Virus genome (UHGV): UHGV-0247968
Source of the DNA: a virus
Reading direction: 5' to 3' (one strand)
Length of the DNA stretch: 63,293 nt
In this document: one piece after another, positions 9,186 to 19,274 of the stretch
Layout: the number at the start of each line of letters is the position of its first letter
How positions within the stretch are numbered: the stretch's first letter is position 1
Position numbers and translations under genes: made by a program
Notes under the pieces: model-generated
The model's input: only the letters and a program-made list of their open reading frames with translations
What the model was told of the DNA's origin: nothing
The model's database searches: none

Positions 9186-9561
9186 GCTCACCGACATCAT
9201 GGAGCAGGAAAAGGAACTCGAACGCAGTATCCTTTTGGAACTCGCTGCTGCCGGGTCGTCGTCCATGAAGATAGATGGCGTGGGCCGTCTTGTGGTCAAG
9301 GAAAAGGTCCGTTACGAAATAGCGGACAAGGAAGCGCTGGCCTATGCCGTGCTGCGCGGCATGGTTGAAAATGCTGAACAGGGCTTTGCTTTGAGTGATG
9401 GTCTGCTGTTGCAGCAGCGCGTCGCTGCCCGCAACTTCGAAGAACGCGCCGAGCGTGCCGGTCTCGAAGGCGAAGCCTTTGATAACTACATCGTGTCATG
9501 CGGCCTTCGCCGTGTGGCAGAACCCTCCCTCAATTTCACCAAGGAGAAGAACCATGAGTGA
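9133..9561 (+). CDS. coiled-coil protein, Siphovirus Gp157-like (tentative)
   Basis: N-terminal coiled coil (EIRAKKKALQDKLTDIMEQEKELE) followed by KIDGVGRLVVKEKVRYEIADKEAL. Overlaps the 3' end of the previous gene by 53 nt in another frame. Confidence 0.4.
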   Translation: MASELSEIRAKKKALQDKLTDIMEQEKELERSILLELAAAGSSSMKIDGVGRLVVKEKVRYEIADKEALAYAVLRGMVENAEQGFALSDGLLLQQRVAARNFEERAERAGLEGEAFDNYIVSCGLRRVAEPSLNFTKEKNHE

Positions 9562-10741
9562 GACCAATCTTGTTCCTGTCGTCGTCAATAACCAGCCCCC
9601 CATGCTCGCCGACGGGCAGTTCTCTGGTGTCGTCGACACCCTGATGGACAACGCTTTCTCCGGCTTCGGCGCCGGGCTGCGTATCCTCAAGCCGGGGAAG
9701 ATGAGCTTCAAGCTCATCGAGAACCGTCAGGAAGTCGACATCCCCAACGGTCAGGTCTTTGGCGTCCTTCTGGGTGTGGCGCCTTGCAACTACGCTTCGT
9801 GGTATGCCAGACAGTATGCTCCCGGGCAGGAACCGTCTCGCCCTGACCTCGTGTGGATGATGCCTACGGCTGACACGTTCCCCGACGCGCTCCCTGCCGA
9901 ATACCACCAGAAGGTGAGCGTCAACGGGCAGGAGCGCTGGGGGTTCCGTATCGCCCGCCGTACCGTGTGGGCCCTGATGACCAACCAGAATGGGCAGTTC
10001 TACCTCGACCTTGAACGCCCCGTCGTCCTGGACATCACCAGCACCAGCCTCTACGGCAACTCCGACCCGCGCAGCAACAGCTACCGCTGGGGCGGCATCA
10101 AGGGCTTCTGTGACCGTCACAGCCAGCCCGGCGTCTTCCGCTGCAACCCGGCTATGTTCGTGACCCAGATTATCCTTGACCCGCAGAGCCCCGTCTCCGG
10201 CGTCATGCTGTTCCGCCCCAACCTTGACCAGAACGGTAATCCGGCTTACCTTGACAGCCAGACTTACACGTCTGTAATCCAGACGGCCAGCACTGAGCGC
10301 ATCACTGAAATGCTGCGCGTCAACGAAATCCTGACCTATACCCCCAATGGTGTCGGTGCTATCCAGCCCGTCCCTGCGGCGGTCAATATCGGCAACAGTG
10401 CGCAGGTTATGCAGCCTATGGCCCAGCCTGTGCAGCAGCCTGCGCCTCAGCCTGTGCAGCAGCCCATGGCCAAGGTCGCGCCTTCTGGTATGAATGACAT
10501 GCTGTCCCGAGCTGCGGCTGTGCTGGATGGTGCTCCGGCCCCCGCTGCCCAGCCTGCTCCGGCCCCGGCTCCCGCTGCCCAGCCTGCTCCGGCCCCGGCC
10601 CCGGCTCCCGCTGCCCAGCCTGCTCCGGCTCCGGCTCCGGCTCCGGCCCCCGCTGCCCAGCCTGCTCCGATTCAGGCCAATGTGAGCAAGGAAGCCTCTG
10701 ATGCCCTCACTGGCATTCTGGCTGATGTTGCCGGTTACTAG
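9554..10741 (+). CDS. hypothetical replication/recombination-module protein with a Pro/Ala-repeat linker and an acidic/aromatic C-terminus
   Basis: RBS AAGGAGAAG before the ATG at 9554. C-terminal (AAQPAPAPAP)n then ...SDALTGILADVAGY. Function unknown; could be an SSB or annealing protein. Confidence 0.5.
   Translation: MSETNLVPVVVNNQPPMLADGQFSGVVDTLMDNAFSGFGAGLRILKPGKMSFKLIENRQEVDIPNGQVFGVLLGVAPCNYASWYARQYAPGQEPSRPDLVWMMPTADTFPDALPAEYHQKVSVNGQERWGFRIARRTVWALMTNQNGQFYLDLERPVVLDITSTSLYGNSDPRSNSYRWGGIKGFCDRHSQPGVFRCNPAMFVTQIILDPQSPVSGVMLFRPNLDQNGNPAYLDSQTYTSVIQTASTERITEMLRVNEILTYTPNGVGAIQPVPAAVNIGNSAQVMQPMAQPVQQPAPQPVQQPMAKVAPSGMNDMLSRAAAVLDGAPAPAAQPAPAPAPAAQPAPAPAPAPAAQPAPAPAPAPAPAAQPAPIQANVSKEASDALTGILADVAGY
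10409..10669 (+). repeat. imperfect Q/P/A-rich tandem repeats (QPVQQPAPQPVQQP; AAQPAPAPAPAP xN)
   Basis: Variable-length hexamer (ccggc[ct]) expansions read directly from the sequence. Confidence 0.8.
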
Positions 10742-10770
10742 TTGACAGACAACTTGTAGACGGCTATATA
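10742..10770 (+). promoter_or_regulatory. near-consensus sigma70 promoter TTGACA-17-TATATA
   Basis: Begins immediately after the stop of the 9554 gene. Precedes the primase-helicase leader. Confidence 0.55.
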
Positions 10771-10949
10771 GGCTCCATGAGGTGGTCGACCAACCACTTC
10801 ATGGAGCCTCAACCTGAACAAGAAGGTTTTCACGGAGGCGGGAATCGAGGGAAGTCTGGATTTATGAGGGCTTGAAGCACCCTCGTGTCCGCCCAGACTG
10901 AATGGTGGTTCTACTGAGATTCCCTCCTCCCTGAAAACCTTCTTTTCAT
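10771..10949 (+). promoter_or_regulatory. highly structured 5' leader: 15-bp hairpin (10771-10808) plus a 24-bp imperfect long-range inverted repeat (10822-10845 / 10919-10942) enclosing a hairpin and followed by TTTTC
   Basis: ggctccatgaggtgg/ccacttcatggagcc. gaaggttttcacggaggcgggaat pairs with attccctcctccctgaaaaccttc with 2 mismatches. The T-rich tract after the 3' arm suggests an attenuator or terminator-like element. Confidence 0.45.
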
Positions 10950-10961
10950 AGGACACAGCGT

Positions 10962-13900
10962 ATGCTTCAGCAAACAAGACGTTTCCTTTCGAGTCTGCTC
11001 CCCCCGCTCCCTCCCCGTGAAGACTCTTTCAGCTTCCCCACATATTTTTCTCTGGGTATCAAAGACGGTTCCCGTCGGCAGAGCCCTTGCCCCAGTATCG
11101 ACGACATAATCTCCGAAGGATTTTCCCTGTCGTCACAGGGCTACAACGCCTACTTCGCCCTCGCCTCTTTCGCTGATGGTGCGGCAGGGCGCAAGCAGGT
11201 GAATGCGCGTACCCTCAAAGCCTTCTGGGTAGACCTTGATGTAGGTAAGCAAGGTATCTCCTACCCTACCATCCAGTTCGCAGCCTTTTGCCTGAACCGT
11301 TTCGTGCGCGAGACGGGTCTCAATCCGTCGTGGATTATCCATTCCGGTAAGGGCCTGCATGTATATTGGGCCCTGTCTGAGCCTGTGCCGGTCTCCTGGT
11401 GGCGCCGCGTCGCTTTCATGCTGGAAAAGGAATGCGCCGCTTTCGACCTCTGGGCAGACCCGGCTTGCACCAAAGACCCGGCGCGTGTGTTGCGTCTTCC
11501 GGGCACCATCCATCAAGGCACCGGCAACACCGTGTCCGTGGTGCGGGAGACCGGCTGGGTATGGGAGCCGCACAAGTTCGTGGAAGTCATGCTGACTTCC
11601 ATGGCGGAGAAACATCCTGATGCCATCATCAAGCTCAAGGCGGAGCTTAAGCCTGCTGTTCCTCAGAACATCGCGCAGACGCCGCAGCTTGCGGTATTGA
11701 CCGGCAATGCGCTGTTCTCCGACGACATGGGGTTCACATCTTCCGCTCCGGTGGCGAAGTCCGAACCCATAGTGCGTGGCTGCCGTCAGATGCTCTTCTC
11801 CGGTAAGGGGCAAGAGCCGCACTGGTATGCCGCCATGTCCGTGTTCAAGCGCTGTGTGGACGGCAGGGAGTGGGCCCATGCCGTGTCGGCTCTGGACAAG
11901 GAACGCTACAATCCTGCCGACTGTGACGCGAAGTTCGACCATGCCCCCGATGACGCTCCCGCCCGGTGCGAGCGCTTCGACAGCTTGAATCCCGGGGTAT
12001 GTCCTGCATGTCCGCACTGGGGCAAAATCACTTCCCCTGTGCAGTTGTGGCGGAAGTCGCAGAATGCCGGTGAAACGTTCGTGCAGCAGCCTGTGGCCCA
12101 GCCGGTGCAGCAGCCTGTGGCCCAGCCTGCGCCCCAGCCGGTGCAACGACTCATCATCCCGGAAGTCTTCGACCACCCGCGTATCGGGTTCCGCAGCAAG
12201 CGTTACAGCGTGGATGACAGAGGATGCATCTGGCACAAGTCGGAGAAACAGGACGACGGTTCCTGGGTGACGACAGACCATATCCTCACCACATCCCAAG
12301 TCTATTACATCAAGTCGGAATGGACATACACGAATGGTGTTTCTGAGCGTTCGCATTGGTTCGAGGTGCGCCACAAGCATGGGGCTGTCGAACTGATGCG
12401 CTTGCCTGCTTCCACGCTGGCAAGCAATCAGAGCCTTATGGCCGCGCTCAATTCTTCCAACATCCTTTCGTGTAACCTTGACATGTACACCCCTAAAATA
12501 TTTGCAAGTTTTATGAACAGCTACCTTCGCAGTGTTTTGGAAAACGGGTACAGTACAGAGATTCAGACGCGGGATGTGTTCGGGTGGACGGACATTACCG
12601 ACCCCGTGACGAACCAGCCCACGTTGGGTTTTGGCGTGGGCCATGGTGTCATCACAGATACCGGCATCCACGACATGGTGTATAAAGGCTCGGCTGAAAA
12701 GCTGGCGAAGAAGGAACTGTCCATCAAGGGCGACCTCGACAAATGGAAGTACGTCCCGCAGATGTACCGCATCCTCAACCAGCCTGCTGCCCAGCTCGCT
12801 ATCTGCCTGTCCTTCGCGGCTCCGCTCATGCACTATGGCCCGGGCGTCGTGCGTTCCGCTGCCTACTCTTTGTGGAGCACCACATCCGGCAAGGGTAAGT
12901 CGCAGGTGTTGTGCTCCGCCGCCTCCATCTGGGGGCATCCTGAAGAGCAGTTCGTGCAGCGCAATTCCTCTGCCGTCATGCGGATGAGGAAAATGGCCGT
13001 GCTGAACAATCTGCCCGTCTACATGGACGAACTTTCGGACATGAAAGACGAAGACCTCTATGCCCTCGCCTACAGCCTCATGGGCAATCAGGAGAAGCAG
13101 AAGCTCAAGAGCAACGGTGCTGAGATGGTCGACACCGGTTCATGGTCTACGGTCACGTTCATCACGTCGAACAAGTGCATCAAGGAAGCCGTTGCCCGCC
13201 ATGCCGGGGATTCGGAGGCCAGTATCGTGCGCGTGATGGAGTATGAGTGTGACTTCCCCTCGTATGCCGACAAGCCGGAAGTGCAGGAATATATCCACGC
13301 GTGCATGGATGCCTGCAAGACGAACTACGGCCTCGCCGGGCCCGAATTCATCTATCAGGTCTTGAAGCACAGAGACCGGCTGGCGACGCTCACGCAGCAG
13401 GTGGAGACGTGGTGTCGTAAATACGGCTTCGACAACTCGGAACGCTTCCTGAGCTATCCCTTGGCGATGGCGATGAAGGCCGGGCGCTGGGCTGTGGAGT
13501 ATGGTCTGTTGGACTATGACATGGACGCGCTGGAGAACTGGGTCATCAATGTCTTCGTGCCGCATAACCGTCGCAGCACCGAAGCGAATACGTCTGACCC
13601 CGTGCATATGCTGACGACGTACCTCATGGAGCGCCAGCTCAATATGCTGGTGGTCAGGGCCAACCATCGTGACAAGACCATGCCCGAGCAGCCGCATGGG
13701 GTACCGGACAAGTACATCGTGAGTCTGCCCAACAATAGGGACATTACCATGCGGGCCGTGCTGGCGACGCAGGAATTGTACATCTCGCGTTCCGACCTGC
13801 ACAAATGGCTCAAGGCCCAGAAGCATTCGCCTTCCAATCTCTGGAAGCGTCTCGAAGACAGAGGCATCACAGCCAAAGATACGACCAAGAATTTTGGTGA

Positions 13901-14030
13901 GAATATCGGCTGGATGCAGCTTCCCAATACACGCTGCTACAGGCTTGATGCCACGAGCGTGAAGCGGCTTGGCTTCAACATCAAGGATGCCCCGGCCCTT
14001 GAGGCCACGGCAAACGTGAAAGTCCTGTAA
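10962..14030 (+). CDS. primase-helicase: N-terminal AEP/prim-pol domain fused to a D5-like SF3 helicase
   Basis: AEP motifs VDLDVGK (DxD), GLHVYW (sxH), RVLRLPGTIH. Walker A SGKGKSQV, Walker B VYMDELSDM. 1022 aa. Confidence 0.8.
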   Translation: MLQQTRRFLSSLLPPLPPREDSFSFPTYFSLGIKDGSRRQSPCPSIDDIISEGFSLSSQGYNAYFALASFADGAAGRKQVNARTLKAFWVDLDVGKQGISYPTIQFAAFCLNRFVRETGLNPSWIIHSGKGLHVYWALSEPVPVSWWRRVAFMLEKECAAFDLWADPACTKDPARVLRLPGTIHQGTGNTVSVVRETGWVWEPHKFVEVMLTSMAEKHPDAIIKLKAELKPAVPQNIAQTPQLAVLTGNALFSDDMGFTSSAPVAKSEPIVRGCRQMLFSGKGQEPHWYAAMSVFKRCVDGREWAHAVSALDKERYNPADCDAKFDHAPDDAPARCERFDSLNPGVCPACPHWGKITSPVQLWRKSQNAGETFVQQPVAQPVQQPVAQPAPQPVQRLIIPEVFDHPRIGFRSKRYSVDDRGCIWHKSEKQDDGSWVTTDHILTTSQVYYIKSEWTYTNGVSERSHWFEVRHKHGAVELMRLPASTLASNQSLMAALNSSNILSCNLDMYTPKIFASFMNSYLRSVLENGYSTEIQTRDVFGWTDITDPVTNQPTLGFGVGHGVITDTGIHDMVYKGSAEKLAKKELSIKGDLDKWKYVPQMYRILNQPAAQLAICLSFAAPLMHYGPGVVRSAAYSLWSTTSGKGKSQVLCSAASIWGHPEEQFVQRNSSAVMRMRKMAVLNNLPVYMDELSDMKDEDLYALAYSLMGNQEKQKLKSNGAEMVDTGSWSTVTFITSNKCIKEAVARHAGDSEASIVRVMEYECDFPSYADKPEVQEYIHACMDACKTNYGLAGPEFIYQVLKHRDRLATLTQQVETWCRKYGFDNSERFLSYPLAMAMKAGRWAVEYGLLDYDMDALENWVINVFVPHNRRSTEANTSDPVHMLTTYLMERQLNMLVVRANHRDKTMPEQPHGVPDKYIVSLPNNRDITMRAVLATQELYISRSDLHKWLKAQKHSPSNLWKRLEDRGITAKDTTKNFGENIGWMQLPNTRCYRLDATSVKRLGFNIKDAPALEATANVKVL
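12078..12143 (+). repeat. QQPVAQPV tandem repeat inside the primase-helicase
   Basis: cagcagcctgtggcccagccggtg x2.5 read directly. Confidence 0.7.
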
Positions 14031-14065
14031 ATACAGAAGAAAACAGCGGGCATAGATAGAAACAA

Positions 14066-14122
14066 GAAGCCCCCTTATGTCGACCAATGCGGGCGGAGTG
14101 TCGACATAAGGGGGCTTTTTTT
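14066..14122. terminator. bidirectional intrinsic terminator between the convergent + and - blocks
   Basis: gaagcccccttatgtcgac ... gtcgacataagggggctt followed by TTTTTTT on the + strand. T-rich (cttcttgtttc) on the - strand. Confidence 0.75.
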
Positions 14123-14174
14123 GTATCCGGCATCCTGGAGGGAACGGGAGGTAAAACCAGGACGACGGAAATAT

Positions 14175-14777
14175 TTATTCGGCGATGTCGATGGTGATGG
14201 GGATACTGTTCACAGCCGTACCATTGCAGTTCGTGGCGCACACGCTCATGGAGAACTGTCCCGATACGTTCGGTGTGCCGGACAGCGTGACCGTGTTGGC
14301 TTTGGTCTCGACCTGCATCCAGTCAGGAGCACCGTTCACCCCCAGGGTCATAGGCATCGAACCATAGAACGCTACATGCCCCATCCACGGCTGACCCTTC
14401 GTACAATCAGGGAATCCATAACCACCGACTTCTACCGGTTCGCATTCACAGGGACCTTCGCAGCAGGTGTAATTGCACACAAGGTCTTTGATGGCGGCGA
14501 TGATAGTGGGAGAAACGGTGCGGACACAGGCGCCATACGCGAACGTCTGGGGTTTGGTGCCCCCGATACCGCGTTCCAGCAACAGTGTGCCGTGGTCGTT
14601 CCGCACCTTCACGGTCTCCATATCGGTGTCGCCGACGATGGACAGGTAGGTGTAGTCGTCTTCACCACTGAGCAGGTCAAGCAAGTCGGCCTGCGCCTTG
14701 CTGACGATAGGAAGGTCGAGGTCGCTGGCTTCGAGTTTGCGTATCAGGAATGTGGTGAAATACTTGTTTTTGAACAC
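14175..14777 (-). CDS. hypothetical Cys-rich protein (last gene of the - strand structural block)
   Basis: ORF. Contains CNYTCCEGPCECEP. Confidence 0.45.
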   Translation of the reverse strand: MFKNKYFTTFLIRKLEASDLDLPIVSKAQADLLDLLSGEDDYTYLSIVGDTDMETVKVRNDHGTLLLERGIGGTKPQTFAYGACVRTVSPTIIAAIKDLVCNYTCCEGPCECEPVEVGGYGFPDCTKGQPWMGHVAFYGSMPMTLGVNGAPDWMQVETKANTVTLSGTPNVSGQFSMSVCATNCNGTAVNSIPITIDIAE

Positions 14778-14792
14778 GACTGTGTCTCCTGT

Positions 14793-15347
14793 CTACTTGC
14801 TCGCAGCAAGTCTGTGTTCAAGTTCTACTACACGCTTTTCGAGTTTGGCAAGGGCTTCTTCAGAAGCGAATCCGATATGCCCGCTGTTGACGTAGTCGAG
14901 GTTGGACAATGCGCGGTGGTCACTCGTTCCGGGAGGGCCGGGAGGACCTTGCTTGCCCGGGGAGCCGGTTTTTCCGGTAGCTCCAGGGCGTCCTTCCGGG
15001 CCAGGGTCGCCCTTCGGGCCAGGGTCGCCTTTCGGGCCAGGTACCCCGCGCAGACCACGCTTCCCAGGGATACCTTGTCTGCCGGTTTCACCGGGAGGGC
15101 CGGGAGGGCCGGGAGGGCCGGTGAGACCCTGTTTGCCGGGGGAACCCGGTTCCCCTTTGGGCCCCGTCTTACCGGTGTTGCCGGTGTTACCCTTGTCGCC
15201 CTTTAGCGGTTCGCCCCACCGCAGGAGACAAGGCGAAGAACTGTCAAAGATGAGAGCTTGTCCATCCTTGCCACCGGGCGGGATACCGATGACGGGATTG
15301 ACAGGGTAGCCTTCATCGCAACCGTAAGGGATGTCGTGCCGTGCCAT
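14793..15347 (-). CDS. collagen-like (G-X-Y)n repeat protein, probable tail fiber component
   Basis: About 32 consecutive Gly-X-Y triplets ([25 protein letters not shown]...) at 14925-15215, followed by a coiled coil. Confidence 0.7.
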   Translation of the reverse strand: MARHDIPYGCDEGYPVNPVIGIPPGGKDGQALIFDSSSPCLLRWGEPLKGDKGNTGNTGKTGPKGEPGSPGKQGLTGPPGPPGPPGETGRQGIPGKRGLRGVPGPKGDPGPKGDPGPEGRPGATGKTGSPGKQGPPGPPGTSDHRALSNLDYVNSGHIGFASEEALAKLEKRVVELEHRLAASK

Positions 15348-15938
15348 TTATACCTCTTCGTCACACGTCCCAAGCACGAATTGTACCTGGGCCATGTCGA
15401 TAATGTGTTCACTGCATCGAGGACCGTAGTCTATATCGAACCGCGCCAAAACGCAAAACAACGGCTTGGGGGGCAGGTGCACCGGAGAATGGATACTCAG
15501 GTCAGGAACACACGGAGAATCAACAGGATGCGGTGTATCACGGATGGTGCGGAGCATTCGGAAATCGAGTGGCTTGTTGAGTGCCGGGTGATACTGCAAC
15601 ACACCGGTGTAGCGTCCCCAAGGCAGTGTGCGGAACACGTCGGGGATACGGAACTCCACAGTGCCATCTTCTCCCCAGGAGAATGCTCTGCATACGATAG
15701 GGGCGAAGTCAGGCGGTGCAGGATTCGCCACATCGACATCGACGCGATGCCCGGGCCAGCAGCCGTGCAGATACCACGGACTTCCGCCGACGTGACACCC
15801 GCAGGCGCAATCATTGTCGACTTGCCCGGGCACGATGGTCAGTACGACGTTGCGCCAGTCCTGCAAGATACGATTGTTACGCCAGTCTTTGATACGGATA
15901 CCGATGCGGGTGACATCTTCGGTGAGCGACAGAATCAT
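15348..15938 (-). CDS. hypothetical protein
   Basis: ORF between the large virion proteins and the collagen-like protein. Confidence 0.4.
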   Translation of the reverse strand: MILSLTEDVTRIGIRIKDWRNNRILQDWRNVVLTIVPGQVDNDCACGCHVGGSPWYLHGCWPGHRVDVDVANPAPPDFAPIVCRAFSWGEDGTVEFRIPDVFRTLPWGRYTGVLQYHPALNKPLDFRMLRTIRDTPHPVDSPCVPDLSIHSPVHLPPKPLFCVLARFDIDYGPRCSEHIIDMAQVQFVLGTCDEEV

Positions 15939-15939
15939 C

Positions 15940-18900
15940 CTAACCCCTCGTCTGGTAATAGTTCAACGCGCTTACGGCTGCATCGTATAGGTTCCCGGAC
16001 GAAAGCTCAAGGTTGGCGAATGCGGTACGCAGTTCTTCCGAGTCTTCCATCGCGAGCCACCTGTCCTTGTATTCCTTGTTGAAGTCCGTGCCGTTCTTCC
16101 GAAGCGCTTTGTCGGTTTCCCAGATGAGCATGTAGTCGGAAATCTCTTCCGGGGTGAAACCGATTTTTTCGAGCTGGGCCTGACGATAGGCTCCGGCGTC
16201 GACGCTGCGGTCAGGTGACGTTATCTTCACACCGGAACGCCGGATGCGGGATTCATATTCCTCTTTGGCGTTGTAGTACAAAAGCTGGCTCGACTTCCCG
16301 GCATTCCCGAACCATGTGGACGTACCAAGTCCACGCAGCAGCGGGTGCATGTCACGAAATTCGGACATGCTCTGCGACCCTTTGTAGAGGGCTTCGTTCT
16401 CGACAGCACCCATGACCATGCGCAGAGGACCGGTGAGGATGCTCTTCGCCATGTAGCGCAGTTGTTCAGGAGCGAAGTCGATGCCGGTCTCGCTGTTGAG
16501 GCGTTTCGCCATGTTGTGCCAGATGACCGGGGTATTCGTTCGGCCCGTAGACGACAGCGCCGTCGTACCCTGGGACGACTCACGGGTTATCTCTTGCCCG
16601 AAATACGACCGGTTGATGGCGACATCGACAAAGGGGCGCAGGGGCGGCGGGCAGAGAAACGCTGCCAGATAATCGGCAGGATGTTCCGTGAAGCGATAGT
16701 CGGGCCAGTTGCCCGGCATGGTGTTCTTGACCGTGAGGAACAGCGTATCGAAGGCCAGGTCTTGCGGAGACATGAGACCGCTCGCCACACGTTCCTGACC
16801 GACGGACAGCATGGCCGCTATCTGCGGCAGACCAAAACCGACAGGGAAGCGGACGAAGTCTCCCTCAGACCCCATGCCGATGGGTATACCGCGCACCAGC
16901 TCGGACAGCGACATGGCATCCATACGATACTTGCCATTATCATCCCGGCCAAGGGATTCCCGGGCCAGCGGGTACAACATGGAATACGCCCCGTAGGCAG
17001 CCAGCAGCCCCATGTAGCCTCGCATCCCCTGTTTGATGATGTCACCTGGAGTACGCGCACCGAGACCCAAGGTGCGGGCCAGGGCCACACCAGATTCCAC
17101 AGTGGGTACGACATAGGGGAACAGGACGCGAAGGTACGGCGTCAGTTCACCACGATGGCTCAGGTTCATCATTTCCAGCACGCCACGGGCTGCACGGCTT
17201 GCCGGTACTCCGGCTTCGCGCAGGGTGACGAACTGGGAAAAAGCACCCGCATTCTGGAAGAAGTCGTTCCAGCCATCCAGTACACGCATGACTTGGTTCT
17301 TCGACGTGCCGAGACTTCGCAGCCAGCGCGCTACGCTGGGGCCCCCGTAGTTGACGATGGCCTTCTCCAGCCGGGAAGAAGCATCCGGCAGTCCAGAAAT
17401 GGTCCCGGATTCTTCGACCGGAGACCGCTGTCCCTGGATGTATTTCTGGAACAGACCGCCACGACGATATTCTTCCAGATATTGGTACATGGGATTCGAT
17501 TCGTCGAGCCTGCCCTGCATGATGTCCAGCAAGGCTTTGGATGCCCTCGGCGTGTTTGCCAGCACTTTCGCTGCCAGAGAGCTGCCTTTGATGCGAGTAC
17601 CGTCTTCAGCGTAGTAGTCACGATTCACCATGTTGGATGCACGTTCCATCACATCACGAGAACCGGACAACGGAGCGAACAGAGGCGAGAACCGCGTGTT
17701 GAGCTGGCTGACAAGACTGGTGAAACGCCCGGCAGCTTCGACCGGTAACCCGGCGCTGCCCAGCTTGTAATCGCTGGACATGGCATTGTTGAGCATTTCA
17801 CCGGTGAGACCGGATTCCACATGGGACCACTTGGGGTCGAAGCGAAGGTAACGCCTTTTGATGACAGTCTCACCGTCAGCAGTAGGCGTAGGTACATCTG
17901 CCACGATACCACCCCCGGTAAGGAGCTGGTCAGCGATGGCGCGCTGCTTGGGATTCGTGCTGTGAGACATCCGCATGAGGGAGGCGTAATCGTAGGTCTT
18001 GATACCAGAAGCGTCGATGGCGCCGGTCTCCAGCAGATGGTCAGCAACGGCGAACATGTTCACAGCAAATTCACGAGAACCGACTTCGGTCGCCGCCCTG
18101 TTGATGTAGAAGAACAACGTGTCATACGCGCTGTCAGGACGGGACGACCGCCCCTGGATGGCGTAGTACGACCCGGGATTGTATGCCGTGCTGTCGTTCG
18201 ATACACCGAGCAGGTTGCTTTCACGGGTTCTGATAGCGACGTAATGCTCGAACCCGGGGAAGCTGTCCAACACTTCTCGTGAGACGACACCGGCATTGAC
18301 GCGTTCTTCAAGCACCATGTCGAAAAGACCGGAGATACCATCAGCGATGGTGTCGGCTTCTTCTTTGGAAAGACCGGTCTCTCGCAGGATGCGTTCCATC
18401 TCGAACTGCGCTTCCCCGTTGGTGTAGCCTGCGGACACGAGGTCTTCGGGGAGGTCGGTAGTTTCGTCGATGAAGTCTTCGAGCTGTTCGATGTTGCGTT
18501 CCAGCTCCCGCAGACGCTTCTTGTCCCTGCCGTCCATATCAGGGCCCTTGCTCACAATGTCTTCAGCTTCATCCATCCAGCGCCCGAGCAGCAAATCGTT
18601 GGTCTCCGGGATGTGCCTGCACACAGCATAGTGGCCCATAACACGCGCAAGGTCTTCCAGGCTTCCCGTCCAGCCTATACGACGGGCAACAGGTTCGAGC
18701 GATTGTGTGAAGCTCGCGACACGGTCGCGCATGAGCAGATTCAGTGCGCGGACCTTCTGGGGTGTCTGGTCGAAGATGCGCCAGAGAGTGTTTTCGTTCG
18801 TCGGGCGGTCGGCCTGGTCGGCAAAGAGTCGGGCCCACTTGGCGAAGCCGCCGCGAACATTAACGAACTTCGTGTATATGCCGTTCTGGAAGTTCAACCA

Positions 18901-19263
18901 CCACGAGGCGGCACCGAGGCTGGTGTTCGTCGCCATGCGAACGGCTTCATCAAATTCTTCGTTACGCCTGGACACGGCTTCATCAGCCAGCTCTTTCATG
19001 CGCGCCATGCGGGCGGCTGCTTTGCGGGCAGCCGCCTGGTCGGAAGCGCTGGGTTCTTCCGCCGTGTATTGGGTACTGCGAGAAAGCTCATCGAAAGACG
19101 CATAGATGGTCTCACGTTCGCGCTGTTCCCGTGCCGTGCGGAGAGCTTCATCGCCAGCAGGGTTCCCTGCACTATCCATACGGGAAGCCTGCTGCGGGCC
19201 GAAACCCGTGGGGTTATCAAGTCCGGCCCGCAGGAACTCGGTATCGTTGGGACATTCAGCCAT
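15940..19263 (-). CDS. large virion-associated (internal/ejection-type) protein, ~1107 aa
   Basis: ATG at 19263 with GAGGA RBS, 11 nt after the stop of the upstream gene. Sits in the structural block. Confidence 0.45.
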   Translation of the reverse strand: MAECPNDTEFLRAGLDNPTGFGPQQASRMDSAGNPAGDEALRTAREQRERETIYASFDELSRSTQYTAEEPSASDQAAARKAAARMARMKELADEAVSRRNEEFDEAVRMATNTSLGAASWWLNFQNGIYTKFVNVRGGFAKWARLFADQADRPTNENTLWRIFDQTPQKVRALNLLMRDRVASFTQSLEPVARRIGWTGSLEDLARVMGHYAVCRHIPETNDLLLGRWMDEAEDIVSKGPDMDGRDKKRLRELERNIEQLEDFIDETTDLPEDLVSAGYTNGEAQFEMERILRETGLSKEEADTIADGISGLFDMVLEERVNAGVVSREVLDSFPGFEHYVAIRTRESNLLGVSNDSTAYNPGSYYAIQGRSSRPDSAYDTLFFYINRAATEVGSREFAVNMFAVADHLLETGAIDASGIKTYDYASLMRMSHSTNPKQRAIADQLLTGGGIVADVPTPTADGETVIKRRYLRFDPKWSHVESGLTGEMLNNAMSSDYKLGSAGLPVEAAGRFTSLVSQLNTRFSPLFAPLSGSRDVMERASNMVNRDYYAEDGTRIKGSSLAAKVLANTPRASKALLDIMQGRLDESNPMYQYLEEYRRGGLFQKYIQGQRSPVEESGTISGLPDASSRLEKAIVNYGGPSVARWLRSLGTSKNQVMRVLDGWNDFFQNAGAFSQFVTLREAGVPASRAARGVLEMMNLSHRGELTPYLRVLFPYVVPTVESGVALARTLGLGARTPGDIIKQGMRGYMGLLAAYGAYSMLYPLARESLGRDDNGKYRMDAMSLSELVRGIPIGMGSEGDFVRFPVGFGLPQIAAMLSVGQERVASGLMSPQDLAFDTLFLTVKNTMPGNWPDYRFTEHPADYLAAFLCPPPLRPFVDVAINRSYFGQEITRESSQGTTALSSTGRTNTPVIWHNMAKRLNSETGIDFAPEQLRYMAKSILTGPLRMVMGAVENEALYKGSQSMSEFRDMHPLLRGLGTSTWFGNAGKSSQLLYYNAKEEYESRIRRSGVKITSPDRSVDAGAYRQAQLEKIGFTPEEISDYMLIWETDKALRKNGTDFNKEYKDRWLAMEDSEELRTAFANLELSSGNLYDAAVSALNYYQTRG

Positions 19264-19274
19264 GTCGGTTATCC

